Shown: one piece after another, positions 52,902-63,300 of the stretch
Position numbering within the stretch: position 1 is the first letter of the stretch
Layout of the letters: every line of letters starts with the position of its first letter
Origin: Thecamonas trahens ATCC 50062
Taxonomy: Eukaryota; Protista; Apusomonadida
DNA length: 64,000 bases
NCBI RefSeq assembly: GCF_000142905.1
Contig: NW_013657640.1
Span: 247,208 to 311,207 of the forward strand
Direction of reading: 5' to 3'
The notes under the pieces: model-generated
Seen by the model: only the letters and a program-made list of their open reading frames with translations
Databases searched by the model: none
Told to the model about the DNA's origin: nothing
Made by a program: the position numbers and the translations under genes

Positions 52902-53771
52902 CTATGCTTTTACCTTGGGCAGGATCCGCCTCCGGGCGTTGATGAAGAAGTTGTCGAGCTGCGTCCGGCTCATTCCGGTCGCTGCGCAGAGTTCGGTCTT
53001 CTCGTCCTTGGTCGGGTACGGGTGATGAGCGTGCTCAAAGAGCCACGCCTTGAGCACAGCCTGCGCCGCCGCATACGCATCGCGATCGTCTTTGTCTCCC
53101 CGTGCCCGCTCGCCGCGCCCCAACAGCCGCTGCCGCTTGGATCGGCACTGCCCGAGCTGATCCAACTCAGCTTTGAGCGCCGCGTCGGCCGCCGAGTGCT
53201 TCCGCTTGAGCGCCTTTTGCACCGCCTGCATCCGTGCCGCCATCGACAGCAGGCCCGGGCTCGACTCACCAGTAGCCGCCATCGCCTCGGCCTCAAAGGT
53301 GCTAGTGACAGACATTACTATCCGATGCAGCTTCTCCAGTTCGGCCGCCTGCACCCGCCGCATGGCCACCAGCCGCCACATCATGTCGTCGCCAAAGGTT
53401 CCCGGGAGCAGCTCGTCGAGCTGGCGGACGCCCCGTCGGGCCAGAAAGGCCGCCACCGCTACTCCTGCCGCCAGCGGGCCCTCGCTCGGCGACTCTGTCC
53501 ATGGCGCGGTCTGGATGAGCTCCATCAGCTCCACCAGCAGCTCCATCAACGGGTGACCCGCCAGCTCGCTCGCCCGTCCCGCCTCGTCGCCCAGCGCATC
53601 CGCCACCTCGGCGAGCGCTTGATCGGCCACGGGCCTGGCAGCGGCCGAGCTCGTGTCTCGTCCGGCCCTATCTCTGCTCCCACTCGACATAACCGAGGCA
53701 TGGAAGCAGTGGCGGCTGTCTGTGGCAAGCTCTGGTGCGACATGGCGCGCGTGTCGCAGCGATCGCGGCAT
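52902..53771 (-). CDS. TALE-class homeobox protein, MEIS/KNOX-like with MEINOX blocks
   Basis: Homeodomain LKAWLFEHAHHPYPTKDEK...FFINARRRIL (PYP loop, I50); upstream GHPLMELL and DDMM....RVQAAELEKLH blocks. Start is ATG 53771 or 53690. Confidence 0.88.
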   Translation of the reverse strand: MPRSLRHARHVAPELATDSRHCFHASVMSSGSRDRAGRDTSSAAARPVADQALAEVADALGDEAGRASELAGHPLMELLVELMELIQTAPWTESPSEGPLAAGVAVAAFLARRGVRQLDELLPGTFGDDMMWRLVAMRRVQAAELEKLHRIVMSVTSTFEAEAMAATGESSPGLLSMAARMQAVQKALKRKHSAADAALKAELDQLGQCRSKRQRLLGRGERARGDKDDRDAYAAAQAVLKAWLFEHAHHPYPTKDEKTELCAATGMSRTQLDNFFINARRRILPKVKA

Positions 53772-53913
53772 GGTCGGTCTGGGCAGAGCCGAGTGGCTGC
53801 CCCCCCCCCCCCCCCTCCCCCTCCCCCGGCACCGGGCTAGGATCAATGGCTGACGGGGAGCCCAGACTCGTCTCCAACGTGTGACGCCCGCCTTCTATGC
53901 CGCGATCGCTCCG
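53755..53913. promoter_or_regulatory. Putative bidirectional promoter bounded by a 14-bp perfect (16/17-bp) inverted repeat ATGCCGCGATCGCT
   Basis: Arms at 53758-53771 and 53897-53910 enclose a 125-bp spacer with a poly-C tract; promoter function is inferred from position. Confidence 0.55.
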
Positions 53914-54625
53914 TCCAACACTTGGGTATCTGCCGCCGTCACTCGGAAGCGAGGTGTACGCCTGTGCCGGGAACGGGCCGTTTGTGGCGACGCAGACGAC
54001 GCGCGCGTTCCACGCGCCGTCGACAAGCGAGGTCGAGTCCGAGCCAGAGGCACCGAGTCCAGCTAGCGGTAGCGAGTCGTCCACTGCCGAGCTGGCCTCG
54101 TTCGAGGCTGCGATGGGAAGCATGGTGTTTGCAGCCGGCAGCTTTGCGGCGCTGAGCGCGGCGGCGGAGGAGAACCACGTGGCGGGCATGATGCTGTACT
54201 CGACCCGCGGCGCGTACACCCGCGGCATCGAGGTCATCCGCCGGCAGTGCGCCGCGGCTGGGGAAGCGCTTGTGGCGATGGAGTCGACCGCGAATGGCCC
54301 GCTTCCTGATGCCCTTGTTTCTGGGTGGCACGACAGGGTGGCTGGCATCCGGCGCGCAGCGGTGGCGCGGCTGGCGTCCGAGAGCCACGCCGCGCTGGCG
54401 CGGCTGGACGTCATGGTCGCAAACGGCACGCTCCCGCCAAACAAGAAGAAACGAACCAACTTTGACGCGCAAGCCCGCAAAGTACTTCGCGAGTGGCGAG
54501 CAGCCCACGGCGATCGGCCTGACGAGTCAGCGCGAAACGAGCTGGCGCGCGCCTCGGGCCTCAGTGCCAAGCAAGTGGCGACGTGGTTCGCCAACGCGCG
54601 GTACCGGGCGAGCGGGCATGGATAG
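53897..54625 (+). CDS. Homeobox protein, PBX/PBC-like (divergent, TALE-related)
   Basis: Homeodomain KKKRTNFDAQARKVLREW...ELARASGLSAKQVATWFANARYR, preceded by a helical block with PBC-B-like spacing. The homeodomain is certain; the PBC assignment is by-eye only. Confidence 0.8.
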   Translation: MPRSLRPTLGYLPPSLGSEVYACAGNGPFVATQTTRAFHAPSTSEVESEPEAPSPASGSESSTAELASFEAAMGSMVFAAGSFAALSAAAEENHVAGMMLYSTRGAYTRGIEVIRRQCAAAGEALVAMESTANGPLPDALVSGWHDRVAGIRRAAVARLASESHAALARLDVMVANGTLPPNKKKRTNFDAQARKVLREWRAAHGDRPDESARNELARASGLSAKQVATWFANARYRASGHG

Positions 54626-54634
54626 TAGAGTCGT

Positions 54635-57600
54635 TTACGGCGCAAGGACGGCGCCCGATGGCAGATCTCTGCGGACCTCGCCGGTAGCGGCGTTCTTATA
54701 GTACACAACAGCGCCGGCGCCCTTCTTGATCCATACGTTGTCGCTGGGCACTGCCGGAGGTTGCGGGTGGTGGGAAGAGGGCGAGGGTGGGCCGTCCGAC
54801 GCGGGCGGCCCGGCAAGGGCCTCACGCTTGAGCGGCGACGCCTCGCGGTCGCCCTCGAGGCGGCCGAGCTCGGCCTGCATGTCCCGGTTCGAGGACTCGA
54901 GGTGTGCGACCGAGGCGGCGACGCCGCCGTCACGGACGGCCTTGATGGAGGCGTCGAGCCGGTCGCCGACGACCTTGAGCTGCGATTCGCCGTGGAGTGC
55001 GAGGGCCTCGGCACGCACGACCGACTGCTCGACGCCGTCGAGCTCAAGCTCGAGCGAGCGAGCGAGGACCGAGCCCTCGTTAGCCTCTTCGCGCGCGAGC
55101 CGGAGCTCGTGCTGCAGGAGCGAGATCTCGCCGACGAGCTCGACTCGGTCGGCCTGGAGGGCGGCGACCTGGAGCTCGAGCTGAACAACTTCTTGCGAGC
55201 GGCGGTCGAGCTTGTTGTGCAAGTCCGAGACGGTCTGCGCGTGCTCGCGGAGGGTGGCCGACATGGCAGAGGTCGAGTTGCGGTCGGCATCGGCGACGGC
55301 GGCTTCAAGCTTGCGCATGGCGTCGGCAGCGGTGGCGGCCGCACCCTGAGCAGTCTCCTTGGCGGACAGGGCCTCGGCGAGAGCAGAGCGGAGACGAACA
55401 GCATCGTCATCGGCGGCGGCGGCGCGCTTGGCGGCGGCGGCAGCCGAGGCTTCGGCAGCGTCGGCGCGGGCGGTGGCGGCGGCGGCGGTCCGCTTGGCAG
55501 CCTCGAGCTGGACCACCAGCTGCATCTTGTCCTTGCCCGCGGCGAGGGCGGATGCCTGGGCGGCACGGAACTCGTCGTACGACTCCTGCAGCTTTGTGCG
55601 GAGCTCCTTGATTTGCTCGTACTGGTTGTTGATCGCGTCGGCGCCGGCGCCGGCGCGGCCGGAGCTGGCACCCGGCTGGGTGGCTAGGCCGGCCTTGGCC
55701 CGCTTGAGCTGCGAAGTTGCCTCGCGGAGGTTACGCTCAAGGGCCAGCTTCTCACGGTTGAGGCTCTCGACCGAGGCGCGAAGGGTGGCGGCCTCGTTGC
55801 GGGCCTTGTTGAGCATGCCTTCGAGCTCAAAGCGATCGTCAGCGACGCGGGCAAGGTCGTCGCGGAGGCGGCCCATGTCGGCGGCCATGAGTTCGCGCTC
55901 GTACGAGCCGTGCGAGGTGGTCGAGGCCGAGGCCAGCGACATGCCGTTGAGCTGCGACCGGAGCGAGGAGGCGACAGACTCCAGCTCGACAATCCGGGCC
56001 TTGAGCGCGGAGACCGCCTTGCCGTGCTCTTCCTTGAGAGCGGCGGCTTCGGCGGGCGAGAGTGAGCCGGGCGGGGCCGAATCACCACGGAAGGTGCCGT
56101 CGTCGGCACCTCCGCTCGCCATCCGCCACTCGCGGAGCGACGCCGGCGGGCCGTCAAGACCGCCGGCGCCGGCCTTGCGGGCGACGGTGGCGTACTTTTG
56201 CAGCTGACGGACCTCGTCCTGCAGCGCCTCAACCTCAATCGACTTGGAGCGGATCTGGGCCCGGAGGGTGTGGACAAGGTTGACGAGGCGTGCGCGAGCG
56301 GCGTCCGACTCGTTGCCGGCCGGTTCAGACTCGCCCACCAGGACGTCGGCGAGCGCATCGGTGGCCTCTGTCACCTCGTTACGGGTGAGTGTCAGGTCCT
56401 TAGCGAGTTGGCGGATGCGGAGGCGGAGGGCCGCGTTCTCGGAGCGCAGCGCCTGGAGCGAGGCGACCGAGTCGCCGCCGACCGGCGCCTCGTCGGCAAG
56501 CTCCTCCGGGTTTTCGATGCCAGTGGCAGCCTCGAGGACACGGAGCTTGGCGGAGAGCTCGTCGACGGCGTCGTAGAGTCGGCGATTCTCCTCGCGGAGC
56601 GCGACGTTGACGACCTGGAGCTCGCCGTGGAGCGAGGCCTGCGAGATGACGCGGGCGGTCTGTGAGTCGAGGTTGGCCTGCAACTCGTCGCGCTCGGCGC
56701 GCTGGCGAGTCACATCCTTGGACAGCTCGTGGCGGAGGTAGTCGTTTTGGGTGACGAGGTTGTCGACGCGCGCAGCAAGAGCCTCGTTGGCGAGCGCGGC
56801 ACGCTGCAGCTCGTCAGACGCGTCCTCGGCGGCCGAGACAGCGGCAAAGAGCCTGCCGTTCTCCTCGACCAGCCGCTCCAACTGCGGCTCGATCGATTTG
56901 GCGTGGGCAACCAAGGCGGCATTGGTCTCGGCCGCAGCACGGAGCTTGGCCTCGGACGCGGCGGTCTCCTCGAGCGAGGCCGAGAGCTCGGCAACCAGCG
57001 CCTTGGCCGACTCGAGTTCGGCTGCTGACTTGGTCGCGGCGTCCTTGAACGGTGCGAGCTCATCGAGCTGCTCGCGGAGCGAGGATGCGGCGGCTTCGGC
57101 GGTATCGGCCCGCCCGTCGGCCTTGGCCACCCGCCGCTCGAGCGCGGCGACTCGCGCCGAGAGCTCGGCATTGTCGTCGAGGGCGGCGCGGAGCGAGGCG
57201 TTGGCCGAGTCGACGGTCGACTTGGCGGCGTCGAGCGCAGCCTCGAGTGACTCGACCTTGCCGGTGAGCGCCTGCCGCTGCATCTCGGCTTGGGCCGCCG
57301 CCGACTGGGCCGCAAGCTGGGCCTCCTGGACTTGGGCCATGGCATCGAGCTTGGCCTGTTGGGCGGTGGCAGAGAGGTCAGCAATGCGTGCGCGGGCGGC
57401 GTCGGCGTCAGCGACGGCGCGGTCGGCAGACTCGCGGGCGTCGGCCAGCTGGCGCTCGAGCCGGTCGGCCCGTGCAGCGGTGACCGACGCAGCGTCGGCG
57501 GCCTCGCGGCACGACGCAAGCTGGTCGAGGACCTCGGCCTGCAGCTCGTCCATGGCGGCCGCCTGCTGGCGGGCACTCTCGGCCTCGGCCTCAAGAACCT

Positions 57601-58777
57601 CAATCCGCTGGGTGGCGGCGCTCGCCTCATTCCGGGCGGCGTCACTCTGGCCCTCGGCATCACGGAGGAGAGTCTCAAGCTCGGCGACCTGTGCGCGGAG
57701 CGCGGCGTTGGCGTCGCGCACGACGTCTACAGAGCCCGGGGTGTTGGAGGTGCTCGACCCGGACTTGGCCGCGTCCAGTTCGGTCCGCAGCTCTTCCACC
57801 TGGCTCAGCAGCTCCTCGGTAAATTCGATGAGCGCCTCACGCTCCTCGTCGGCCGACGCCGGCGCAGCACCGTCCGGGAGCGAGCTCGGTGCCAGCCGGG
57901 CCGTCGACTCGACGTCCAGCACTCTTGCCTTGAGCGCCTCGTTCTCGGCCGCGAGTTCGGCGGCCTGGACCGCGTGCAGCCCCTTTTGCTCGAGCATCGA
58001 CTTGAGAACCTTAATGTACGCACGCTGCTCCTCAGCGACCTGTGCTTCACCGCGGAGATTCTCCAGCAACTCATCACGCTCGGCCTTGAGGCTGCGGATC
58101 GCGGCCGAGTCGGCGCGGGTCGCCACTGCAGTACCTGGGCGAGTCATCTTGTTCGGCTCAGCGTTCTCCGCCCCAGCCGCGAGCTTGGCCTTGAGTGTGT
58201 CGCGCTGGACAAAGAGCTTGCGAATGCGAGCGTTGGCTGCTTTGAGCTCCTTCTCTAGCCGAGCGATGCGGGCATTCGCAGCGCGATTCGACTTTGCACT
58301 CGCAGCTGCGCTCGACGCCGGCGTCCGGGCTGTTCGGGCCGACTTTCCGCCATCGGCATCATCGCCTTCTGCAAGGACCGCAACTGCAAGCGGCATCTGC
58401 TTCACATGGGCCTTTTCCACCGGAAGCGGATGGGCCGGAGCGAGCTGAGCCACTCGCTCCTCAGTCAAAGCCAGCTGGCCACGCAAGGCCGCCACGGTCT
58501 TTGTCAGCGAGAGCAAGTCACGCGCCTGTGCTTGAACCTTTGCCGCCAGTCGGGCATCCAGGCGCCCGCCTCCAGCACCCGCACCCGCACCAGCACCCGC
58601 ACCAGCACCAGCACCAGCACCAGCACCCGAGCCAGTAGCTCCCGTCGGCCCTTGCCGTGTCGTCCATGACCGGCTATGGGAGGTGGCCGACTTGACGGGA
58701 GTGGGTGCTCCTGCAGACTGCACAGGGGAAGTAGGCGCAGTTGGCTCCACAGGCACCCGTGCTCGTGGCACCTCCAT
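54635..58777 (-). CDS. Long coiled-coil protein with a C-terminal WW-like domain
   Basis: 1380-aa Ala/Glu/Leu heptad-rich ORF; terminal VWIKKG...VYYKNAATGEVRRDLP. Confidence 0.85.
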   Translation of the reverse strand: MEVPRARVPVEPTAPTSPVQSAGAPTPVKSATSHSRSWTTRQGPTGATGSGAGAGAGAGAGAGAGAGAGGGRLDARLAAKVQAQARDLLSLTKTVAALRGQLALTEERVAQLAPAHPLPVEKAHVKQMPLAVAVLAEGDDADGGKSARTARTPASSAAASAKSNRAANARIARLEKELKAANARIRKLFVQRDTLKAKLAAGAENAEPNKMTRPGTAVATRADSAAIRSLKAERDELLENLRGEAQVAEEQRAYIKVLKSMLEQKGLHAVQAAELAAENEALKARVLDVESTARLAPSSLPDGAAPASADEEREALIEFTEELLSQVEELRTELDAAKSGSSTSNTPGSVDVVRDANAALRAQVAELETLLRDAEGQSDAARNEASAATQRIEVLEAEAESARQQAAAMDELQAEVLDQLASCREAADAASVTAARADRLERQLADARESADRAVADADAARARIADLSATAQQAKLDAMAQVQEAQLAAQSAAAQAEMQRQALTGKVESLEAALDAAKSTVDSANASLRAALDDNAELSARVAALERRVAKADGRADTAEAAASSLREQLDELAPFKDAATKSAAELESAKALVAELSASLEETAASEAKLRAAAETNAALVAHAKSIEPQLERLVEENGRLFAAVSAAEDASDELQRAALANEALAARVDNLVTQNDYLRHELSKDVTRQRAERDELQANLDSQTARVISQASLHGELQVVNVALREENRRLYDAVDELSAKLRVLEAATGIENPEELADEAPVGGDSVASLQALRSENAALRLRIRQLAKDLTLTRNEVTEATDALADVLVGESEPAGNESDAARARLVNLVHTLRAQIRSKSIEVEALQDEVRQLQKYATVARKAGAGGLDGPPASLREWRMASGGADDGTFRGDSAPPGSLSPAEAAALKEEHGKAVSALKARIVELESVASSLRSQLNGMSLASASTTSHGSYERELMAADMGRLRDDLARVADDRFELEGMLNKARNEAATLRASVESLNREKLALERNLREATSQLKRAKAGLATQPGASSGRAGAGADAINNQYEQIKELRTKLQESYDEFRAAQASALAAGKDKMQLVVQLEAAKRTAAAATARADAAEASAAAAAKRAAAADDDAVRLRSALAEALSAKETAQGAAATAADAMRKLEAAVADADRNSTSAMSATLREHAQTVSDLHNKLDRRSQEVVQLELQVAALQADRVELVGEISLLQHELRLAREEANEGSVLARSLELELDGVEQSVVRAEALALHGESQLKVVGDRLDASIKAVRDGGVAASVAHLESSNRDMQAELGRLEGDREASPLKREALAGPPASDGPPSPSSHHPQPPAVPSDNVWIKKGAGAVVYYKNAATGEVRRDLPSGAVLAP

Positions 58778-60395
58778 GCCTGCTACGTAGTGTCGAGTCG
58801 AGTGGTCTGGTCCTGGGTCGTCCCCAAGGGTGGTAGTGGCTGGCTGGCTGCCGGTTGGCTGCTTGCCGTTTTTGGCGCCAAAGAGGCGAAATGGCGCCGA
58901 GCTGTTGGGCTAACCGGTCGACGGTGACAACAAGCCAGTTTGACGGTGCCGAACCAGCTGACGCTCCCGAGTCAGTCGACGGTACCGAACCATCCGAGCT
59001 ATGGTTGTATAAAGCTAGATCGCTGTCATACGGCACCCTGGACCTCATGTATCTTGCTCTTGATGGGGGCAAGATGGCAGATGGGCAAGATCTGCGCGCC
59101 GTCACACAGGCCATGGCACAAGATCGCATCGCTACGATGTGACGGATGGATTGCTGCCTCGGAGCAGCATGGTGTTCTGTGGTTGCGCTGCTGGTTTTGT
59201 CGTGTTAGTAGTGCTCTTCGTAACCTCCGTTTGGTTTTGCCTTGGATGTCCGAGGTGTGTCGGTCGTAGGCGCCTGCGACGCGCGTGGGGAGAAAGAACA
59301 TCAGGCTATTGGATGCACATGACCTAGAACGATTGGCACACTTATCCGCTTTACTCCTTTACCGCTCTTTGGGTTGCAGCAGCTCTATTGTACGAGTCCA
59401 CGTGCCAATCGGCGCAGGTTTGATGCCGGAGACACTGAGCGTGTTGGTTGGTTGCTCATGTGCCAAGTGAGTGATCTCAATGATCTTTTGTCGCCTTGTG
59501 CCAGGATGCCCGCCTCCCCCACACATTGCCACACATGGACACATCCCATGATCCCACCCCTCTCCCACCCATACGACAACCACTACCCATACTTCAGTCC
59601 ATACGCTGACCCCCCCCCTCCAGCTCCGTCACCCAATCTCCCATCGCCCAGCCCATCACCCTCTACCGCTCATGCTCGTTCTCCGGCCGAAACACTCTCT
59701 CGGTGGCCGGGCGAGCGGTCGCTCCGCTGGGTTCGACGGCTTGATTTCCTCGCATTTACTGTGGTGACCATCTTTGCCAGCACATCGTCCCAATTGGCAC
59801 GGTCAGCCGCGTGTACGCGAACGCCGTTCGATGGCCCACGTACACACGAGAATTGGGCGCCCAGAGGGCGCGCGTGGTCATCATCGTCGCGCATCGTCAT
59901 CAGAAAGGGTGAGTGGGTGGGATCCCGCTCCGTCGTAGCCGACTCTGTCGACGCCATCGGAGCTCTATGCAAAGTATGGTGTCAGCCGCTTCGCTTCGCT
60001 CAGCCGGCCGCGAGTGTTGGCGACTCGCAGCAGTCGCTGACCAACCAACCGCCGACTCGGTCGACCAGCCGAGCCCCACGCTGTTCCCCCGCCGCTGCCC
60101 CGCCGCACTACCCCCCCCTTTCAGCGAACACGTTACCATTCAACTTGAGTTTGTCAAGCCATACCAATCACACGTACGCGAGGCGAAGCACGTCCTCACA
60201 CCCACCACTTGCGCATTCGCTGAGCAGAGCTCGCTGTGGTGGCTGCTGGAAGGTGTTGCGGCGGACGGAAGAACCTTTTTTTGACGGCTTTTTCGTTGTC
60301 TGTCCTTTGGCCAAAAAGGCCGACAAAGAGCACATTGACGACGGAGCTGTGCGATCGGGGACATGCTTTATAGGTTAGAGTTGGCATGGGGATCC

Positions 60396-63300
60396 ATGGC
60401 TGGCCGCAAGAGTCGAGGACATGTTGGGAGGGCTGAGCGGAGGGTGCGTAGTGGTGGTGGCAATGTTGCGCTGCTCCCTGTCCTGGTGCTCTTGCTCGTC
60501 GGGCTTGGATACGTCGCGAGCGGCGACTGCGTCATTGAGTACGTCGAGCCGAGCAGCAATCTGATGAGTGGCGCCATCTCGAACCCAACGGGAATGGTGG
60601 CAAGCATGCTCGACGCCGGAACGGCTTATCTGGACGTGGCTGTCATCGACTTTACCAACAATGGGGTGTATGTCATCACCAGGACCGGTGGCGGTGGATG
60701 GAATGCCCCTAGTCTCGTCGATAACACTAAGGAGGAGCCGTTCCTCCTTGTGGCCGAGGACGCAGATGGAGACGGGAGCCCGGACGTGATTGTGCCATAC
60801 TCGGGCGACACCGACAGTGTAGTGATCTATTGGAACGTCGGGCACGACGCCACCTTTCCCAACGTGCCGACAGTTCTCGACACCATGGCGGACACCGACC
60901 CGTACTCTGCAGCGATTGGCGACATCAACGCTGACGGCATGATCGACGTTGTCTACACAGCGTTCTGGGGAGACTTTGTGGGCGTTTTTCTCGGCACAGG
61001 CACCGGAACGTTTGCAGCGTCGAGCGATGATCTGACCTCCAGCCTAGGCGGCATCTACAGCATTGTGTCGCCGAGGCAAGTTGCGGTCCATGACATGGAC
61101 GCTGATGGCTTTGACGACATCATCTACGTTTGTTCAGACACCCACATGGTGGTTATTCTTCCCGGGCGGTCTGACATCGACTCGGTGCTGGCGACGTCGG
61201 CCGCTGTCGTCGACTACCTCGCCGACGGCGTGTTCAACTTTGCCGTCGGCGACCTTGACCAGGACGGTGACCTGGACATTGTGGCATCCATCACGGAGGA
61301 CAGTGTCATTCGGGTGTACTACAATTTGGGAAGCATGTTGTTTACCCAGCCGGCGACCATCGGCGCCGCCCATATGCTTCCGTACACCATTGCGCTCGGC
61401 GACGTCTCTGGCGACGGTTGGCTCGACATTGTGTACGTGGCGTCAGGCTCGGATCTCGTCGGCTGGATTCCGGCCGAGGTCGGCGGCACGTTTGTGCTGC
61501 CGCCGCAAAAGATGTCTGCGCTCACGGCGCCGCATGGCGCTGTTGTCGGGGACTTTGACGGCGACGGGCAGGTTGATGCCGGGGCGGTGAGTGAGTCGAC
61601 CGGCGAGGTGGTGTACTACACCTTTTCGGCGAGCGCCTCGCCGCTGACTGCGACGCCGCGGATTGTGACAGCCACCACCGAGGGGGCACAGGCCGTCGAC
61701 GTGGTCGACTTTAACAACGACGGCTTTGTCGACACGCTCGTCGCGTCATGGCTCGATCGGTCGGTGACAGTTTGGTTCAATGACGGGCGCGGCTCGTTCC
61801 AGGGCTCCAACGGCGCCGAAGGACGGGTCTCGCAGGCCATTCACAAGGACATCACCCTCACCCCCGGCGCAGTGGTTGCGGTCGATGTCGACGGCGATGG
61901 CCTGTTTGACGCTCTCGCCGGCTACGAGGATGTCTCGCACCCGGTCACTTGGTGGCGCAACACCGGTGACGGGGTGTTTGAAACAACGCCGCGGACGGTC
62001 GGGACGTGCGGGCTTGAGGCGCGCCGGGTCCGCAAGGCAGACTTTAACGGCGACGGACTACCGGACGTGGTGATGGTGTGCATGGACCCTGAGGCCGACG
62101 TCAAGGCGTTTATCAACATCGACGGTGGCGCAAGCTGGACTGAGCTGTTGCTCTACCGTTACACGCCAGCAGTGTGGGACGAATATCTGTATGTCGACGT
62201 TGCGGTGGCCGACTTGGACAATGACAACCGACCGGATGTGGTGGTTGTCGAGGGCTTTTCCGGCAAGGTGGCGTACATACGCAACCTGAACGGGACAACC
62301 TTTGCTCCCGCCACCATCATTGATAACGCACCCAGCAGCGATCCGATCTCTGTCGCGCTCTGCGATGTCGACGCCAACGGCGGCATCGACGTGGTGGTAG
62401 GCCTCCTGGACCCGGTGCCCAAAGTGGTGCTCTACCAGCAGACGGGGGCGGGTACACTCAGCTTTGCGCCTCCGATTACGCTCGGCGGAACTTACACTGA
62501 GCCGTGGGCTGTGGCGTGCGGCGATGTAACCGGCGACGGCGCAGTTGACATTGTTGTTGGCGACTACGCTGAGCCGGGGCCGCTGGTGTGGTACCGCAAC
62601 GACGGGAGTGGCAGCTTTTCTCCGCAGACCGTCCTTGGCACGTACGACAATATCTTTGAGATTTCCATCGCCGACGTCAACTCGGATGGACTCAATGACG
62701 TTCTGGTAGCGGCGTCCGGCGAGAACATGGTGTTTGCAGTGTATCAGCAGCGGCTGCTGTCGGCTGCTGTGGAGCGTGCAAAGTTGCCGGAGCTCGCACC
62801 CGGACTATCACCGACGGTTCCGCAGCTGCACTACGAACTCAACACAGCCTCGCGGTGCTCGGCGCAGCGGCTGGATCTGCCAGCCGGGATGGTGGCGCGC
62901 GGTTGCGCGGCATCGGGCTATCTGGTGGTGCCGAGCGGGGTCGACTGGACCATTGCTGGGCCACCTGGGGTTTTGCGAGCGACCGGCCGGTGCTCTCGTG
63001 CGGTGGCGATGGCGGCGTCATGTTCAAGGTCGAGGCTGGAGCAAAGCTGGTCATCTCGGACGTGGACCTCGAGGGCGCCACGATTGCGGCCAGCTTTGAT
63101 GCATCGACCGGCCTGCGGGTCTCGGGAGCGGGCGCAATTCTGCGGCTGATCAACGTGACCGTCTCCGGCTTTTCGTCGGTGAGTGCGTCGCCGTTCCAGT
63201 ACCTCGGCGGGCACGGCGGAGCGGTGGCGGTGACCGATGGCGGGCGGCTGGAGGTGATTGGCTCGACCTTTGCCGGTAACTCGGCCAAGACGACTGGCGG

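Noticed and set aside
53772-53896. Autoregulatory PBX-MEIS site in the homeobox spacer
   Set aside because: Only isolated TGAC/TGAT tetramers are present; there is no TGATTGACAG-like composite.
55359-58448. Long antisense ORFs here and elsewhere (for example 7845-9728, 43121-44089, 53668-55671)
   Set aside because: Shadow frames expected from high GC and codon bias opposite clear genes.
62961-62980. Canonical X XXY YYZ slippery heptamers at the frameshift sites
   Set aside because: The runs are not in the required phase and the six sites share no motif, which favours sequencing error.
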